DNA of 64,000 bases from contig OZ360230.1 of assembly GCA_977017645.1 (NCBI GenBank), positions 39,122,001-39,186,000 on the forward strand, written 5' to 3'. Numbering within the stretch: the stretch's first letter is position 1; each line of letters starts with the position of its first letter. The notes under the pieces are model-generated. The model was not told the origin of the DNA. It saw nothing but the letters and a program-made list of their open reading frames with translations, and did not search any database. The DNA comes from Torpedo marmorata (taxonomy: Eukaryota). This document shows positions 38,601 through 49,766 of the stretch, one piece after another. The position numbers and the translations under genes were made by a program.

Positions 38601-39670
38601 AGAATTTGAAAATCTCTGGACATCGGATCTACTGGCATACCTGACCTCCATAATAGAATTAGTTTATAGATGTATTTTTAGATTGACATTCTCCTTATTC
38701 TATCTTTTTCGTTTTTTAAAATTTTATTTTATTTTATTTTATTAGATTAGTAGGGATGGGAGGGTTAGGGAGGTGGGGGTGAGAGGGGGGGTGAAAATAT
38801 ATCACAAGTATTTTGATAATTTTATAATTTTATCTTATGTATTTTGTGATTTAAAATTTTAAATAAAATATTTAAAAAAAAAGATGTTCCTTACCAACAC
38901 TCGTGGTTGACAACAGCTTGAAGAATAACGGAGTGCCACCCCTTACAGTTGTAGGAGGCTGATTCGTCCTCCTGTGGGGCAATGATGGGAATGTGTGTGC
39001 CGTCGATGGCACCAGCACACATTGGATAATTTCTCTCTGCAAACCCGTCGATTCTCTCCTGGAGGCATTCACCTGTTGGCAGCTCAATGAAACGTTTCAT
39101 AAGGGTCGACCTCAAAGCGAGAGTCACTTGGGATACCACCAAGCACACAGTGGATATACCCACACCAAAAAGAACACTGATGGATCGATATTCACATGGG
39201 GTGGCATACCACCACAAAGCGATGGCAAGTCGCACCCGAGGTTCCAGAGGACTTCTGAAGTTTGTTACCTTGTGCCTCAATTCTGGCTCGTGGAGCTTAG
39301 ATACAAAGTTGAAGGTGCTCTTAGACATTCGAAAATGTGCCCGCCATTTCACATCATCAAATTTACACTCTATGTTTTCCCAGAGCATGGGCCCCTGTGT
39401 TCTAACTCTCTTCCACATTATTCTAGTTTCAAATTGGCATTCAAAAAAGCGCACAATAGCCATCCGTCTACGTCTACGACTAGATAACTCAGCCTGCCTA
39501 TCCTCCTCCTCCTCCTCCATCCATCTCCTCGTATGCTCCGCGAATATGCGGTCTTGTTCGTCCAGTATTTGAAACATACCATTGACAACTATGTTGACGA
39601 TAGTTGCCTGCTTCGTAATAGAGGCACAGAGTTGCAGGGCCAGCATCCGTAAATCAATACCGTTCGCCAT
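35602..39670 (-). pseudogene. Harbinger (HARBI1-like) DDE transposase, three exons: 39670-38895, 36297-36183, 36021-35602
   Basis: FRMSKSTF, GAIDGTHIPI, GWHSVILQAVV | FIDVYVG*PGRTHDAR | IGDPAYPL, VENAFGRLKGRWRCL, CCILHNICE. GT-AG junctions keep frame; one TGA replaces a conserved Trp. Confidence 0.9.
36392..38880 (+). mobile_element. L1-type LINE (RT to 3' end) in Harbinger transposase intron 1
   Basis: LDAEKAFDR, TRQGCPLSP, LFADD; poly(A); 15-bp TSD AAGATGTTCCTTACC (36377-91, 38881-95). Confidence 0.95.
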
Positions 39671-40231
39671 TACAACTGCGCGATTCGACTTCCGGTGGGA
39701 CTTCCTGTGAGTGCGTAACACGTCACTCACGACATCATCGCTGGAGGCGGGACCTCCCTTAAAATGCCCGGTTGCCGATTTACCAGGAAAGTAAGGCTGC
39801 GGTGTGAAAGGCCCCGGAGGTGCAGCCTTCCCGGGAACTTTACCCGGGTCCTAGGAGGGTCACCAAACTTCGGCGGTGTGAAAAGGCCTACTGACATGAG
39901 AGGCATCAGATGCTGAGAACAAACGAAAATCAGCAGCAAAACATTTTTAGGTCAGTTGAACTGTGAACGCAATGCGTCAACATCATTATGCGATTAAACA
40001 TGCTAAATTCAATAAAAGTTAATTTAATGTTTCTCCAACTTCCTATGTGATTCAGCAAATTTGAAATTATCTCAATAAAAGTTAATTTAATGTTTCTCCA
40101 ACTTCCTATGTGATTCAGCAAATTTGAAATTATCTTTCAGTTCAGCTTGAAGTTGTCTATCATAGTCCCCAATTTTTTTCAGGAAGCAAACCTTTTGAAA
40201 AAATTTGTTGTCCAGTGTAATTAAACCTATA

Positions 40232-40766
40232 AAAAGCACAAATGCTGGAGAAACTCAGCAGGTCAAACAGTGTCTTTTATGTAGCAAAGGTAGAAATACA
40301 TAACCGACGTTTCGGGCTTGAGCCCTTCATTAAAGTATGAGGAAATGCCGGCAGGCGTCCGAACAAAAGAGTGAGGGGGGGAAGGGGGGGTGGCAAAGGC
40401 AGGAGATGATAGGTGGAGAAAGGAGGGAGGGGACAGCAGCAAAGAGGGAGAGGAGGGATGGCTGGGTGGATGGAAAAAAACTGGAAGGACAGGTAGGGGG
40501 GAGGGGAAGGAAACGACAAGCAGGTTTAGTGGAAAGCAGAAAAGTCAATGTTAATGCCATCTGGCTGGAGAGTGCCCAGACGGAAAATAAGATGTTGTTC
40601 CTCCAATTTGCGGGTAGTCTGGGTGGGATAGTACATAAGGCCATGGACAGACATGTGAGTGTGGGAGTGTGACTTGGAATTGAAATGGTTGTCTACTGGG
40701 AGGTCGCTTTTGTTGTGGATGGAGAGGAGGTGCTCAGTGAAGCGATCTCCCAATCTACGACCGGTC
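40232..40766 (-). mobile_element. Penelope-like element 3' fragment (GIY-YIG end plus pLTR)
   Basis: TGRRLGDRFTEHL..HFN..LEEQHLIFRLGTLQPDGIN; 13-bp TSD AATTAAACCTATA (40219-31, 40767-79). Confidence 0.88.
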
Positions 40767-41386
40767 AATTAAACCTATAGGTCAACACTGGACATCACAG
40801 GACCACTGATTCAGTCACTGGCAGGCTCAATGATTTACTTCTGTTTACAGAATCAGCATAAACATGGGGTGGTATTCATTCAGTACTTATTTTGGAAGAT
40901 TTTTTTCTTTTTATATCCAAGGTTCAAGATTTTATTTTAATATAGTCAAATCCTAAGTACAGATATGCCATTATTTTTTCCAGGAGGAGATGTAATAATT
41001 ACAGACTGGACCGACCCAAATGTGTTAAAACAAATAGAACATAATGTTGCTGCCAACATTCCTGGTTCCTGCAGAAATCGTGTAAATATCAGGTCTGTAT
41101 CATAGGGTCTTGATCATATTCAGTTTCTGACTGATTATGACTTCATCCTGGGTGGAGAAATTGTCTACTTTGCAAAGACATAACCTTTATTATTTGCCCT
41201 GTGAAAGAACTATCATTTACCTCTCTTCCATAAAGCGGCAGGACTCTCACATCAACAGTATCTACCAGAAAATTCTACCAAAGCACTTTAATTATCAACT
41301 AGAAATTAAGAAGATGACATCATAAGGTGGGGAATAAGTTTGAAGGATTCAAAGAGTGACGGTCCTGGACATGTGGTGATATTAAA

Positions 41387-41740
41387 CGGACTGCTGGAGA
41401 CTGGCTCGAACTGGCTGAAGGGGTACCAGGTATCGGAACGGAATGCGAGGGGGTGCCGAAGGCACTGAAGGGTTCCTGACCGTGTCGGAGGTCCGGATCT
41501 GGAGCTCGGGTTGCCAATGGTTTGAACTGGACTCTGTGTGGCTGCGGAAGCGCTGGAGGCGAATCTACGGACACTGCGTGACTCTGGGGGGACTCTCTTT
41601 CGCTTCTCTTTCTCTGACTGTAAGAGGCGCTTCAGGCAATTTCTGCCGATGGCAAATCTGTCTGCCAGGCAAAAGGAATTTTGTGTAATATGACACTGTT
41701 TTATTGCATGACAATAAATTGAATCTTGAATCTTGAATTT
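41387..41740 (+). mobile_element. 5'-truncated copy of the (TTGAATC)n-tailed element
   Basis: Reverse-complement match to 18819-19185. Confidence 0.8.
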
Positions 41741-41873
41741 CATTTACAACGGTGATCAAATATGTGACGGAGACAGTACCCCCGCATGCAAACCGATTTC
41801 ACCATCGTACAAGTTACCTTAACTACAAATAACTACAACTGCAGATGGTTAACACAAACAATACTTGCCACCC

Positions 41874-42593
41874 TGTTGTGTTTGGGAAAGTGTCAGGTTC
41901 AGTGGGTTCACCAAGAGACGAGTCTGGACACAAGTGTTACAATCAAAGGTAACTTTATTGAACACATGGGAAACAAACAGGGGAAGACATCAAACGATAC
42001 TTAATTACACTACTACAAAATAACTATATAGACATTCACATCAGACCCAGGTTGGACTCCGATACCAATGGACGGTGCAAGCAGGCACATCAGGCTCAAG
42101 GAACTCCGATACTGGTGGCTGCTTCCCTACCACACTCTCCTGCACATGTACATACTTCACAGACAGGGACTTTCAAACACCCAATTCCCTGTATCAACGG
42201 GGGTGCGGCTCTCTGCAAGCACTGATCTATTGCAGTACTATGGCTCAACTCAGTGTAGTGCACACCTTACCCGCGACTCCTCCAGCGATGTCCGAGACTT
42301 GGACCAAGAAGCAGAGAGGAAGAAATGTGGTATGCATCTATGTTTATACTGTTCTGAGCTGGGTGATGACACTGAATCATTTAAATGAGCCAACGGTAAG
42401 GTGTGCACTAATGGGTGGCCGGAGTCCAACCTTGATTGGCAGGTGATGTGACTTCTGAATAGGTTTCAGACAGGGAGGTCACGTGATCCTCTGAAATCCA
42501 CAATGTTCCAGACAGAGAGATCATGTGATCCTCCGCAATCCACAATGTTCCAGACAGGGAGGCCACGTGATCCTCCGCAATCCACATATAACA
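41874..42593. mobile_element. Solo LTR nested in another LTR-like sequence (41763-42989)
   Basis: TG...CA ends with 5-bp TSD CACCC (41869-73, 42594-98); 42-bp tandem repeats at 42465-42585. Host begins TGTGACGGAG and ends CTCCGTGTTACA. Confidence 0.75.
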
Positions 42594-43952
42594 CACCCCT
42601 CCCCTAATAAGGAGTTACGACACTCAACTTGGATCAGATGACCCATCATGGTTCCCTTTGAGTGCATGTGAAAGGGAGTACCTACCCATCTACGCACCTC
42701 ACAATGAGTTAGTTCCCCAATGTTCGTGATCCCCAGTGTGGAGCGGCTCAGGTAGTTACCTCAGCAAGAGAACAAAGAAAAAAGAGAGCGGCTGGACAAC
42801 TCAGTCAGGATTTATACCCAGCACCTGGGGGCTGACCTCATGTGACTGGCTCACGTGACTCCATGTGACCAATTGTAAGGTGACTTCGGTGGTATCGGCT
42901 GTGGGCGGGTCTCACATTCAATGACACGGGGGTCAGAGACCTTCGACCTCTTTTCCTGTCCGACCAGTAAGGTGACCCTCCGTGTTACACATCAACATGT
43001 ATAAAGTGATCAAAAGACTTTCAGGTTCTGAGGATCAGCCTGTAACATAGAAAGAAATATCTGTTTATCGCATTATAAGACTTGTGGGATTCATAAGGAT
43101 GTTTTTCTAACATTATCCACATAAAATGTCAGTTTGAAAACTGTGCCAGTTTCAATGAGTTCTTTTATTTCATCCACTTTTCGGATTTTTTCCACTCTAT
43201 CTCCTTAAGATATGAGGATTGAAGACGGCTACAGCTGACTGGTATAAGACCCAAGGCCCATTCTTCACATCTGAGAATAATCCACGGCATCTGACCATCA
43301 GACAAATCCTGTTACAACTCTCATCAAGCATCGATCTGACATTAGTTATGCCAGTACAATTCACTAGATAGTGACTGGTATTGGGAATACTCCTGATTTT
43401 GTTTCCCTTCAGTAACATTGAAGCTGAGAAAAATTGTCTAATTATCTGCCTGGTTGCGATTAAGTATCAAATTAGTGCTCATTCATTAAATTTGAGACTA
43501 TTGTATGTAGAGGCAATTTTCAGCCACATGCTGCTGTAATTAATGAAGCCAATAGAATGGAGAAGTCTTCTGGTCTCCGTTTTATAAACAGGAATATAGA
43601 GGCAGAGGAACAGATTCAGTTATGAAATGATACTACAATTGCAGGGTTATACCTCTCAGGAAAGCTGCTTCACACTTGGGCTCTTTCCTCTGGAAAAGAA
43701 AAAAACAGAGGTTATCTGATAAAGGTCTGTAAGAATATGGAAGAGTTTGACAGGGTAGACTTAAAGAATGAGAGGTCATAGCTAAGATAGCCACAAATAA
43801 ATTCAAAGATCAGGAGAAACTTCCTTACCAAGAGAGGGGTTAAGAGGGGTGAAACTCATTGCCACAAGATCACTTGCATTGTTGTATTTAGGGGAAAGTT
43901 AGCTAAACATAGGATTAAATGAAAAAAGGTGGGAGGAGGCTTATAGAATATA

Positions 43953-44868
43953 GAATCAGAATTTATTGTCATGAACAAGTCATGAAATTCGGTGTTTTGC
44001 GGCAGCATCATACTGCAAACATTCATATTATAACCATCTTACGACATTACCATAAAAAAATATAAATAATAGTGCACGAAAAGTAAGGCAGTGTCTTTGG
44101 TTCATTGATTATTCAGGAATCTGATGGCAGCGGGGAAGAAGCTGTCCTTGTGCCGTTGAGTGCTCATCTTTAGACTCCTGAACCTTTTTCCCAATGGTAG
44201 CAGAGTGAAAAGTGCATGGGCTGCGTGGTGGGGGTCTTTGAGGATAAAGGCTACTTTTTTAAAACACCGCCTCATGTATATGTCCTAGATGGAGTGAAGT
44301 CTGGTGCCTGTGATGTCACAGGCCGAGTTAACAACGCTCTGGAGTTTACTCTTGTCCTGAGAGTTGGCGCCTCCATACCAGGCAGTGATGCAACCAGCCA
44401 GAATGCTCTCCACGGTACACCTGTAGAAGTTTACGAGAGTCTTCGGTGACATACCGAATCTCCTCAGACATCTCACAAAGTATAGCCGCTGGCGAGCCTT
44501 CTTTGTGATTGCATCAACGTGGAGGATCCAGGACAGATCCTCAGAGATGTTGACACCCAGGAATTTGAAGTTCTTGACCCTCTCCACTACTGAGCCCTCG
44601 ATGAGGACTGGTTCGTGTTCCCTGACTTCCTCCTGAAGTCCACAATCATTTCCTTAGTTTTGCTGACATTGAGCGCAAGGTTATTGTCGTTACACCATTC
44701 AACGAGCTGATCTATCTCCCTCCTGTATGCTTCCTCATTGCTGTTTGTGATTCTGCCGATAACTGAGGTGTCATTGGCAAACGTGTAGATGGCATTGTAA
44801 TTGTGCCTGGCCACACAGTCATGGGTGTATAACGAGTAGAGCAGTGGGCTAAACATGCATCCTTGGGA
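43953..44868 (-). mobile_element. Rex1/Babar LINE 3' part
   Basis: [36 protein letters not shown]. Confidence 0.9.
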
Positions 44869-44884
44869 TGGAATATTACAGTAG

Positions 44885-46710
44885 ATATCACAGAAATAGA
44901 ATGAAACAGGATGGAAGCAGGCCCTTCAGCCCAACTGATCCATGCTAACCAAGGTGCCAACTTGAGCTTGTGCCACTTGCCTGTGTTTGGTTCATATTCC
45001 TCTAAACCTTTCATATCCATGTACCTGTCTAAGAGTATTTTAAATATTGGAATTGTTCCTTTCTCTATGGCTTCCTCTGGCAATTTTCTATGTGAAAAAA
45101 TTGCCCCTCAGGTTCCCTTTAAATCTTTTCCCTTTCACCTTAAACCTATGCCCTCTGGTGTTAGACTTCCACAGCCTGGGGAAAAGATTGTGACTATTTG
45201 GCTTATCTATGTCCCTTACGATTTTATTTATCTCTATATGTCATCCTCAGCCACCTGAATTCCAAAGAAAATAGCCCCAGTCTATCCTTTTAACTCAAGT
45301 TCTCCAGTCCCAGCAACATCCTTGTGAATCTTTCTGCAGCCTTTCCAATGTAATAACACCCTTTTTATAACTGGGCAACCAGAACTACATGCAACACTTC
45401 AAGTGCAGTCTCGCCAGTGCCTTGCACAACTGTAACATAACATCCCACCACATGTACTCTATGTCCTGACCGATAAAAACATGCCAAAGCCTTTTTTGTA
45501 TATCTGTGTTGTGCTTTCAGGGAACTATGTACTTGTACTCTTAGGTCTCTCTCTATTCTAAAACACCCCCAAGGCCTTGCCATTTACTGTGTATGTCCTA
45601 CCCTGGATTAATTTATCAAAATGCAATACCTCACACTAGCCCATGTTAAATTCCATCTGCCATTCCTTGGCCAACATTCCTGGTTAATGTAGATCCTATT
45701 GTAATTTTAGATAACCTTCTTCACTGTCCACCATACCATCAATTTTGGTGTCATATGCAAAGTTACTAACCATACTTCCAAATTGTTAATATGATATAGA
45801 ACAACAGGTGATCCAGTACCGAACCCTCTGGCACACCACTGGTCACAGGCATCCAATATAAATAACTGCTTCCATAATCATACCCTGATTCATATCACCA
45901 AGCTATTTTTCTATCCAGTTGGCAAGTTCACCCTGACTCCCATGTGATCTTACCTTCCAGACTACCAGAAGGTTAAACCATATGCAGGACCTTGTCAAAG
46001 GCCTTGATAAAGACCATGCAGGCAACATCCACAGCCATGTCATCAATCCTCTCGATCACCTCTTCAAAAAACTCAAATTCATGATACACTATTTCCTATG
46101 CTCAAAGCCCATCTCTAATCAGTCCTTGCCTTTCTAAATACAGATACATTCTGTCTCTCAGAATCTTGTCTCTCTTCCAGCAACTTTCCCTATGGTTAGG
46201 TCCTATGGTTCCCAAATTTGTCCTTACAGCCCTTCTTATATAAAGGCACAACATTAACCACCCTCACGTCTAACAGGATCATCTAACATGTTGCTTGAAC
46301 ATCTTTCCTGGATACACTTGACAAATTTGTCCCATCCAATCACTATGGCAATTCTGGTTATTAGGGAAATTAAAATCACCTGCTCATATAACGCTATCAT
46401 TCCTACATCTGTCTGCAATCTCCATATATATTTGCTACTCTAATTCCTGCTGACTATTAAGAGCCCTATGGTACAATCCTCTCAAAGACAATCCCCTTCT
46501 TATTTCTATCCAGATTGCCTCACTGGACAATTCCCCATGAATATCCTATGTACTACCGTGATTTTCTCCCTAATCAAAAACGCAATTCCCTCCTTTCTTA
46601 CTTCCACCTGTAGCCTGTAGCATTGGTATCCTGGAACATTGAGCTGTGTGTCTTGGCCATCCCTCAGTCCTGGTTCTTCAGTCACTGTATTATCCCAGAC
46701 CCATGTGCTA
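44885..46710 (-). mobile_element. Old degenerate CR1 LINE
   Basis: CR1 3' UTR, ERDLRVQVHSSLK and eroded RT/endonuclease sequence homologous to 15580-15710 and 27000-27400. Confidence 0.75.
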
Positions 46711-46951
46711 ATCCATCAAGTTCATTTTATGTCATAAAATATAAATCCCTATTAGAATAATGTGGTCAGCTTTAGTCTTGTGCCACAAAACAATATATGG
46801 ATGAGGAAGCTAACAAAAAAAGCAGTAAAAATGATTGCACGCCCGTATTGTTTTTGAGCATGAAAGGGATTTGAGGTTTATAGTATAAAAAGATGTTAAT
46901 GAGGGAGCTAAGCAAAATGTATAATAGAGTATATTATTTGGATAAAAAAGG

Positions 46952-47100
46952 CCTGTACTTTGATGAAGGGCTCAAGCCCGAAACGTCGGTTATGTATTTC
47001 TACCTTTGCTACATAAAAGACACTGTTTGACCTGCTGAGTTTCAACAGCATTTGTGTTTTTTACTTCAACCACGGTGTCCACAGATTTTCGTGTTTTACT
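46952..47100 (+). mobile_element. Penelope pLTR remnant
   Basis: Near-identical reverse complement of 40232-40335. Confidence 0.8.
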
Positions 47101-47741
47101 CCTGTACTACTATTGTAAAGCAGAGGGGAAAGCTGAAAATGAACAACAAATGGTGTAGAAGAGACATGAAGAAAACTACATTTCTCACATACCTGGAATC
47201 ATCCACCATCAAGATAATATAAAGACCTACAATTATCAGTGATGAATGAGTTCTTGTACGATGGCAATAGGACATGAATGACAAATAATCTTTTCTCATG
47301 TACAGAGCAGAATTAATAGCAGAATTAATGTACTTGCTAAATTAATGGGAGATTTTACACCATTCATCGAATTTGAGAACCGTTGCTTTAAATTTTCCAA
47401 CTTGTTCGCTTTTTCTGACTTTAAGGGACATTCCAAGAAAAAAAGTGCCTGCGTAAGAAAATTGTGTGTGCATAACAGGATTCTGTGGAAAATATTGCAA
47501 TATCGAACATAATCAAGATCCAAAGATTCACTAGCCACCATTAAGACCAAGATTGCAGCTATGTTTTTTTACACAGTCCCAAATATTGGAGACCAAAAGA
47601 ATTATTATCACCTTTCAAAAATTCAGCTCATGTAGCACAGACCCAGAATTAAATTCAGGGTCCTCCAAGCAGATAGAGTGATTTATTATTGTCTTCAGAG
47701 ATTAAATGTTTCTTGTAGGCAAAAAATTTTTTTTTAAGTTA

Positions 47742-48735
47742 GTGAAACGAGAAAGTCTGCAGACACTGTTATTGTAGTAAATACACAAAAGTGCTGGAGA
47801 AACTCAGCAGGTCCCGCAGTGTCAATAGGAAGCAAAGATATATAACCAACATTTCAGGCCTGAGCTCTTTGTTAAGGTATGAGCAAAAAGCAGGCAGACA
47901 CCTGAAAAAAAAGTTAGGGGGAGGAGGGAAGAAGGGGCAGGAGGAGGAGCATGAACCAATAGCCAAGAGGTCACAGGTGGACATGGATAGGAGGGCGGGA
48001 GAGAAAAGCTGAGAATTGATCAGCGGAGGGGGTAGCTCTGTGAATGCAGAATTGGAAGAAAGGAGAAAGAGAAATAGGGAAAGAGAGAGAGACAAGTGAT
48101 GGGGGCTGGAGGAAAGAAGACATTTGGATAGGAAGTGGGGGGGCGGGGGGCTAACGGAAATTGGAGCTCGATGTTAATGTCATCTGATCGGAGGGTGCCC
48201 AGACGGAATATGAGGTGTTGTTCCTCCAATTTGTGGGTGGATTCAGTTGGGCAGTGCATGAGATCATGGACAGACACTTTGGCATGGAAATGTGGCGGAG
48301 GGATTGAAATGGGATGCCATTGGGAGCTCCCTGCCATTACAGCAGACAGAGCGAAGGTGCTCAATGAAGCGATCTCCCAGTCTGTGTCCAGTCTCTCTGA
48401 TGTAGAGGAGGCCAAAATGGGATCACTGGATGCAGTAGATGACCACTGCAGATTAACAAGTGAAGTGTTGCTTCACTTGGAAGGGCTATGTAGGGTCCCG
48501 AATGGTGATGAGGGAGGAGGTGTGGGTGCATTTGTAGCATTTGGCCTCTTGGCTGTTGGCCCGTGTTCCTCCCCTGCCCTTTCTTCCCTCCTCCTCCCAC
48601 CTTTTTATACAGGCGCCAGCCTGCGTTTTGCTCATACTCTGACAAAGATCTCAGGCCCGAAATGTTGGTTATATATCTTTGTCTCCTTTGGACGCTGTGG
48701 GATTGCTGAGTTTTTCCAGGACTTTTGTGTCTTTT
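47742..48735 (-). mobile_element. Penelope-like fragment with inverted partial pLTR
   Basis: LEEQHLIFRLGTL; 48565-48735 is an inverted copy of ~47780-47950. Confidence 0.8.
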
Positions 48736-48904
48736 TAAAGTTATTTTTTCTCAGTTTCGCTGTCTTAAATATCAGTGACATATCAGTGAACAAACTGATT
48801 TACTGTCATCATAATTGTATTTTCTACGTTATTTACTCTCTTGTTAATGGTAACTATTGTGAGGAGCTGTGGGTTATAATGTTTTGTGCATAAAGATCAG
48901 TATG

Positions 48905-49498
48905 CTTAGTAATCAAGATGTATCGACTATAACTTGGAAATAAGATATAAACTTAGGTATGGAAAGATGGAATGCAGAGATGCAGAGTTGCATTCCTTTG
49001 GAAAAAATAACATATATTATGAGAAATAAATATGGGGTATTTTTGCAAATTTGGCGTCCATATATCCAGACATTAGGCATAAATATGTAAAAGTGTTATT
49101 CCATATCTCAGGCCCTGTTGACTCTCTCAAATTTAAATAATAAAAATAATGTTGAAAACCTTGCGTCGAACTGTGAATGCCCGGGCGATCCGTATAGATG
49201 TCTTTTATAAGTAATATTATATTACTTTCTTTTTTCCTTCTTTCTTTTTTAGTTTTTAGGAAGGGGAGGGAATTTAAGGGGAGGGAATGGGTGGAGGGTG
49301 GGATTAGAAATATTAAGTAATAATTTTAATTTAAAATGTTTGAAAAATGTTATAAGGGTTTGGGCGGTGAAGGGAAAGGGGTAGATACAACTATGTAATA
49401 CAAATATAATTATAAAAGATATCTCTGAAATTAACAATGTATATTATTCATGTATGTATTACTGTGTGAAAATTTAAAATAAAATATTCCAAAAAAAA
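48905..49498 (+). mobile_element. L1 3' end
   Basis: IPLEKITY..QIWRPY; AATAAA and poly(A). Confidence 0.8.
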
Positions 49499-49766
49499 GA
49501 TGGATCGACTACCTGAGATAAAATGATTTTCATTCACGGTCTGAGATATTAATGTGGTTCCTAATAATTAATAATGGAGATAATTTCAGTATAAAACCTG
49601 AGGGATATTCCAATTGATAAACCTAGTATGTTTATTTGAAACACTATTTTTTTGTATCGTAAAATAACTGAGAGATCTGCAAAAACTACAAAGACCTGTC
49701 ACACATTTCAGTTCGGCACTTTTATTTTTTATTTAGTGCATACAGTTGTCTTTTAAAAAAAAGATT

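Larger units (their letters stand above)
33582..39891. mobile_element. PIF/Harbinger transposon, full structure
   Basis: TIRs GTCGGCCCTTTCACACCGCCG / CGGCGGTGTGAAAAGGCCTAC; TNA target TTA/TGA; convergent Myb and DDE transposase genes. Confidence 0.93.
33228..40217 (+). mobile_element. Chapaev3-like (CMC) non-autonomous DNA transposon, split by Harbinger
   Basis: Termini CACCGGACAA / TTGTCCAGTG with 3-bp TSD TAA (33225-27, 40218-20). Transposase C-terminus MSLKIHFLHSHLDFFP..SDEHGERFHQDI..DYCWTL, resuming after 39891. Confidence 0.75.
28650..41325 (+). pseudogene. EEF1AKMT3: EEF1AKMT3/METTL21B-like lysine methyltransferase, intron-containing, disabled
   Basis: Exon 28650-28785: YSYILERKYEFCGYNLWVSQ..(frameshift)I*EA|GTAAG. 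Last exon 40984-41325 after TTTTTCCAG: GGDVIITD..NVAANIP..RSVS*GLDH..YDFILGGEIVY..T*PLL..(frameshift)TIIYLSS..QKILPKHF. Matches recalled METTL21B exons 1 and 3; the middle motif-I exon was not confidently found. Confidence 0.8.

Noticed and set aside
35602-39730. Domesticated HARBI1 host gene
   Set aside because: It is flanked by TIRs and a TSD, is paired with a Myb gene and carries an in-frame stop.
43197-43418. Short ORFs at 43197-43418, 47096-47550 and 56543-56770 as exons
   Set aside because: No recognisable protein and ambiguous splice signals; unsupported without a homology search.
48135-48893. 252-aa plus-strand ORF
   Set aside because: Antisense to Penelope sequence; no domain.
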